Shown here: positions 60,601-64,000 of the stretch, piece after piece
Layout of the letters: every line of letters begins with the position of its first letter
Position numbering within the stretch: the stretch's first letter is position 1
Source: Calditrichia bacterium
GTDB taxonomy: Bacteria; Calditrichota; Calditrichia; RBG-13-44-9; J075
DNA length: 64,000 nucleotides
NCBI GenBank assembly: GCA_050633245.1
Contig: JBOEGD010000012.1
Span: 96,001 to 160,000 of the forward strand
Direction of reading: 5' to 3'
Made by a program: the position numbers and the translations under genes
The notes under the pieces: model-generated
What the model saw: the letters and a program-made list of their open reading frames with translations, nothing else
The model's database searches: none
What the model was told of the DNA's origin: nothing

Positions 60601-60977
60601 TCATTATATATCATCGTCTGCTGAATCTCGAAAACGTCAATTTAATAGATGATGTAGTCAGTGAACTCAAGGACCGCTTCGGGCCACTTCCGGAACCGGC
60701 ACTCAAATTGATTGAAATGGTAAAGATTAAAAAACTCGCCTCTAAACTCTATGTTAAACAGGCAAAGATAAAGCGCCACCAAATGACGCTCACCTTCGAT
60801 GAAAAGATTACCAGCAAAGATACCTTTGTTGAAAAAGAGCTCCCCCGCTATATAAATCAAACTGAAGCCCACCTGAAATTTGTACAAACGGACAAGCTGA
60901 AAGTGGTTGTCGACCTAAAGGGCAGCACTCAATTGGACAAGATCAGCTTTGCAAAATACTTCTTGCTAAATTTATAG
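57693..60977 (+). CDS. mfd: Transcription-repair coupling factor
   Basis: RGGIVD, VVH.DYGVG.Y, CGDVGYGKTEVA, DEEQRFG, TATPIPRTL, QLRGRVGRS, RDLEIRGAGN. Confidence 0.98.
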   Translation: MLKLKSLLYEFPQFKKFEKALEANNNFDVKAIYGSALPFIINYIRETTERAQCIIMPGGEAAEKLCDDLRSFMPENQFAYFPSDEILPFDKGLFTPALYSQRMHALATAVESPSNILITTPQALLRKVPQPGTFKDNILHLKKGETFEREFLLEWLVDSEYERVDIIEEIGQFSARGGIVDVFSFESDVPYRIEYFDDTIESIREFDILSQLSIQQLEKTRLLGKSGEAAETASIFEFLPKNSIVWWEDETRIKLQFEKWWEDAEGRFDSLEEKPVQSLDERYVTIAETEKFCSGFLQVNHVHLESKESAIAFHTQPPAAFHGNMKLFVEHLQRHSKKRTMYVLHDGKNSRKRLEEILEAEMGSMPPLKFIDGELHSGFFMPDSNIEIFTDHEIFNRLRMRRRKRKIRVSGSLIRNLQTLEYGDYVVHIDYGVGKYSGTERIRIAGMEKECIKLLYENDDILYVRLDKLNRIQRYVSEEGFAIKLTKLGSSEWDRVKKRTRKAVENVARELVELYAKRMTQKGHAYQPDTLWQKELEASFPFEDTVDQARATSDVKGDMEGSKSMDRLVCGDVGYGKTEVAVRAAFKAVIDGKQVGVLVPTTILAQQHYRTFSERVANFPVNVEVVSRFRTRAEVKETLKKLAEGEVDIIIGTHRLLSKDVIFKELGLLIVDEEQRFGVTHKERLKELKVNVDTLTLTATPIPRTLHMALMGARDLSIVDTPPGNRLPILTEISTWDDQLLYKAITYEMDRGGQIFFVHNRVQTIDAMADMLRRLVPKARFGVAHGQMPEQTLEKIMFDFNNKEFDVLVSTMIIENGVDIPNCNTIVVNRADRFGLAQLYQLRGRVGRSDRQAYAYMIIPPQGRLSDLALKRLYAIEEFADLGSGLKIAMRDLEIRGAGNLLGHKQSGFINAVGYDLYQKILQETIESMQQETLPEQLIIDRMPVVDASVEIDAELYFPDDYITAPNEKVIIYHRLLNLENVNLIDDVVSELKDRFGPLPEPALKLIEMVKIKKLASKLYVKQAKIKRHQMTLTFDEKITSKDTFVEKELPRYINQTEAHLKFVQTDKLKVVVDLKGSTQLDKISFAKYFLLNL

Positions 60978-61108
60978 TCCCGGCCTAATTTTCACTCTTG
61001 AACAAAAACGGCTCTAACACCGTTAAAAAGCTGTTTTATAGACGATTTTTTTGTCTGCCTCTATTTGGCAGAAAACGAACCATATTATGTGATGTACTGG
61101 AGGATTTC

Positions 61109-62812
61109 ATGAGACGTCTTGCTCTATTAACTATTCTGCCTATTGGTCTGATTCTGTTTACGCAGTGTGGACTCGATAGCAGCACTGCCGCTCGCGTTGG
61201 AAACGATATTGTAACCACTGACGAACTGGTCGAGCAAATAAAAACCGATTACCGCGCATTTAAGCTTCCGCAGATCACCCTTGAACAAAAATACGAGTCA
61301 CTTGAAAAGCTCGTCGATATTCGTCGTAAAGCCATTTGTGCTGAAAAGATGGGACTGGCTTCCGATCCTGAATACACAACTCCCCGTGAGAAAAACGATA
61401 ACCGACTCATCGCCTTTGGTCTTTATCAAGATCAGATTATCGACAAGCTGATGCCGGAAAGCCTGATTCGCGAATACTATAACTGGGAGAAGAATAAAGT
61501 TCACGCAGTAAGTGTGGTCGTCGGTTATAAAGGCGCTGAAATCTATAATAATGATCGCAGTGAAGAAGACGCCAAAATACGTTGCGCAGAAATAGTCGAG
61601 AAACTGCGGAGTTCCGAGAAACCTGCCGAAGTTGGGCAGTCTTACACGGATGACGCTCGCAATACTGTTGAATTGAACCCTTATTATGTTGGCAAATTCA
61701 CTCCCGAGGTCGATCGCGCTGTTTATACCGCTCGCACCGGAGACGTAGTCGGCCCGATTAAAACCAAGCGCGGTATGATCATACTGAAGATTACCGGAGT
61801 GACCGAGCAAAAAGTTGAGATTGATTTTGCAGAAGCAAAGCCGCGTATTGAGCGTGCTGTTCGTCGCTATTTTACCAGCCAGGAAAAAGAAATGTTCGAC
61901 GAGCTTTCCGAGAAATATCGCGAGAAGTTCAGCATATCCGTTGATGCAGAGAACCTCCCTGCCTTCTATAATCAGGTTAAGGAATGGGGTCAGCAACCGA
62001 CCACAACGCTGGAAACCCTTAAAGAAAAAGCTGGCGATATTGTTCTCGGACATGATGTTAACAAACCGTTTTTGGGCAGTTCATTTTTGACTATTTACGG
62101 TGAGCAGCTGAAGCGTACACAGCGGAAGTTCCGCTCGTGGGAAGACATTCAAAACATTATCCATTCGCAGCTTACGATGAATGCATGGGCCGCTGAAGGG
62201 CGGAGTCAGGGAATCGACAATGAAGCTGATGTTAGCAAAGAAATGGACAAATTTCGCCTGAATTCGCTGGGGCAAATTTTACTTAAGCGCGAGGTAGACG
62301 ATAAAATCGATCTTACCGCTGAAAGTATAAAAAATCATTATGAAGAGAATGTAGAGCGTTATAAGGTACCGGAAAAAATGCGCGTTTATCAGCTCAGCAT
62401 CAATGATAAAGCCATTGCAGAACGTGCTGCTCGCGAATTGCGCCGCAATCCGGATTTCCAAAAGACGTTTAATAAGTATAAAAGCAAGTACGCCGGCAAG
62501 TCCGTCAACTACACCGCCGGGTTTCAAACGCGCAATTCTCCTAATAAGAAGATTGTAAAAATTGCTTTCGATGCCGGTAACGATAAAGTTCTCGATCCAA
62601 TTGAGCATGACGGGACGTTTATGATTATTGGTACGAGTGACTATCAGGCAGAGGTTACACGCTCGCTGGAGGAAGTGGAAAACACGATCCGATCCGAGTT
62701 ATTTAATTCACTTCGCGAAGCAAAGATTCAAGAACTGACTCAAAAGCTTCGTGAAGAGATTAGCTACAAGGCAAACGATGATGCCATCAGACGCATCGGA
62801 AAGAATTCGTGA
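61109..62812 (+). CDS. Parvulin-type peptidyl-prolyl isomerase / chaperone (exported)
   Basis: GGAGG RBS; possible lipobox FTQC; AARVG, GPIKT..G..I.K, YKVPE, SLEEV...I. Confidence 0.8.
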   Translation: MRRLALLTILPIGLILFTQCGLDSSTAARVGNDIVTTDELVEQIKTDYRAFKLPQITLEQKYESLEKLVDIRRKAICAEKMGLASDPEYTTPREKNDNRLIAFGLYQDQIIDKLMPESLIREYYNWEKNKVHAVSVVVGYKGAEIYNNDRSEEDAKIRCAEIVEKLRSSEKPAEVGQSYTDDARNTVELNPYYVGKFTPEVDRAVYTARTGDVVGPIKTKRGMIILKITGVTEQKVEIDFAEAKPRIERAVRRYFTSQEKEMFDELSEKYREKFSISVDAENLPAFYNQVKEWGQQPTTTLETLKEKAGDIVLGHDVNKPFLGSSFLTIYGEQLKRTQRKFRSWEDIQNIIHSQLTMNAWAAEGRSQGIDNEADVSKEMDKFRLNSLGQILLKREVDDKIDLTAESIKNHYEENVERYKVPEKMRVYQLSINDKAIAERAARELRRNPDFQKTFNKYKSKYAGKSVNYTAGFQTRNSPNKKIVKIAFDAGNDKVLDPIEHDGTFMIIGTSDYQAEVTRSLEEVENTIRSELFNSLREAKIQELTQKLREEISYKANDDAIRRIGKNS

Positions 62813-62813
62813 C

Positions 62814-63650
62814 ATGTCTCTGAAAAATACGCTGCTATTTTTTTTGCTCACGGTTTTACTGAGTAGCTGTTTAAACAGCAATCAGCAAAACACAAATCTT
62901 ATTGCCCGCGTTGGTGAAGAAGAGCTTACGCGCGAGATACTATTGCCTCTTATTCCCAAGGATATCAGCAAAGAAGATCGCGAGTTCTTTGTAAAACAAC
63001 TCGTCGAAAGTTGGATCGAGAATCAACTTTTGGTTCAGCAAGCCAGAGAAGACGGGTTTCAACTCTCCACCAAAGAAAAGTGGCAGGTTAATAAGTTAAA
63101 AAAAGAACTGTTGGCAACTCAGTTTCTGCAAAACCGTCTACAAAACAGTTTCCAGATACCTGATGATGAAATCCTCAGTTTTTATGAGAAGAATAAAGAT
63201 CACTATAGGCGTTCGCAGAATGAAGTACATTTGCAACATCTGTTTTTCGAGAAGCTCGATAAAGCGATTGTCGATGAGATTAAGCAATCCGGCTCACTGG
63301 CTCAGGTAATTGAGAAAAATAATTATCTCGGTCAAAAGAACGATGTTATTTTGGAAGCCAACGGTGATCTGGGCTTTCTGGCGATTTCGGAGCTGCGGTC
63401 TGAATTTCGCAAAGCAATTGAGAAGAACAAAAAAAGCGGTATCTTCGGCCCGATCAAAACGCGGGATGGTCATCACTATCTTCAAGTAATCAGCCGTAAA
63501 GAAAAAGGTAGCGTGCGCGACGTGGAACTGGTAAAAGGTGAAATCATCGCTCATTTGCGAATGCAAAAGCGTCAAGAAAGTATTAAGCGACTCAGGGAAG
63601 AGCTGCAAAAAAAATATCCGGTTGAAACTTTTTACGATAACGTTCTATAA
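62814..63650 (+). CDS. Parvulin-type PPIase lipoprotein
   Basis: Lipobox LSSC; IARVGE..L, NGDLGF, GPIKT.DG.H. Confidence 0.8.
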   Translation: MSLKNTLLFFLLTVLLSSCLNSNQQNTNLIARVGEEELTREILLPLIPKDISKEDREFFVKQLVESWIENQLLVQQAREDGFQLSTKEKWQVNKLKKELLATQFLQNRLQNSFQIPDDEILSFYEKNKDHYRRSQNEVHLQHLFFEKLDKAIVDEIKQSGSLAQVIEKNNYLGQKNDVILEANGDLGFLAISELRSEFRKAIEKNKKSGIFGPIKTRDGHHYLQVISRKEKGSVRDVELVKGEIIAHLRMQKRQESIKRLREELQKKYPVETFYDNVL

Positions 63651-63660
63651 AAGAAGACAG

Positions 63661-64000
63661 ATGTTAGCAAAAAGGATAGATTTGAAAATGAAACAACTTC
63701 TTAAAGCAATACTATGCAGTCTGCTGATAGCAACACCCTTGTTATCTCAGCAAGTTATTGATCAAATTGCCGCAGTGGTCGGCAATGAGATTATTCTGGA
63801 ATCTGAAATCGCGACGCTGGTTACGCAATACGTGATTCAAAGCCGCCAGAGCGATATCTATACTCAGCCGGAGAAGCTACGTGCGTTACAGAAGCAGTTT
63901 TTGCAGCGCATGGTAGATGAGAAGATGCTCCTGATTAAAGCGGAAGAAGATACCATTACCGCCGATGAAGGACGCGTCGACCAAATGCTCGCCCAGCAGC
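63661..64000 (+). CDS. surA: SurA-like periplasmic chaperone (partial, runs off window)
   Basis: Signal peptide then VIDQIAAVVGNEIILESEI...MVDEK.LL.KA; start 63661 or 63688. Confidence 0.85.
   Translation, partial: MLAKRIDLKMKQLLKAILCSLLIATPLLSQQVIDQIAAVVGNEIILESEIATLVTQYVIQSRQSDIYTQPEKLRALQKQFLQRMVDEKMLLIKAEEDTITADEGRVDQMLAQQ

Noticed and set aside
61298-62053. 251-aa minus-strand ORF
   Set aside because: Antisense shadow of the PPIase gene

Overview
64 kb of bacterial chromosome, probably FCB-group and Calditrichota-like. That placement is inference from the NYPNPFNP/FlgD-type sorting domains, the pentapeptide-motif DPP III and the mfd-PPIase-surA order. Housekeeping blocks are pepF, waaA, Moco-riboswitch-moaA-moaCB-accD-surE-guaA-glmS, mscS, several peptidases and mfd plus three PPIase/SurA genes. 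Four accessory regions stand out. (1) 5.7-14.3 kb: two giant secreted beta-repeat proteins ending in dockerin-like duplications flank two paralogous small proteins with a cohesin-like domain and a T9SS-type C-terminal sorting domain, a candidate non-cellulosomal cohesin-dockerin display or piggyback-secretion system and the best novel-system candidate. (2) 26.3-28.9 kb: an AT-rich islet with a TcmP/DUF5131 pair, an orphan antitoxin relic and a REP-like repeat. (3) 40.6-49.5 kb: a glycan-tailoring cluster (deacetylase, sulfotransferase, glucuronyl C5-epimerase-like protein, AsnB, WbqC) with a wzx relic and a heptamer-phased spacer. (4) 49.8-57.5 kb: a stripped flagellar regulatory module (fliL, flhF, fliA, no flhG or export genes) with two degenerate histidine kinases and sigma54/sigma28-type promoters. 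Three gene relics not in the ORF track were read directly from the DNA. No tRNA, rRNA, CRISPR array or transposase was seen. All calls are by-eye motif recognition; no searches were run.
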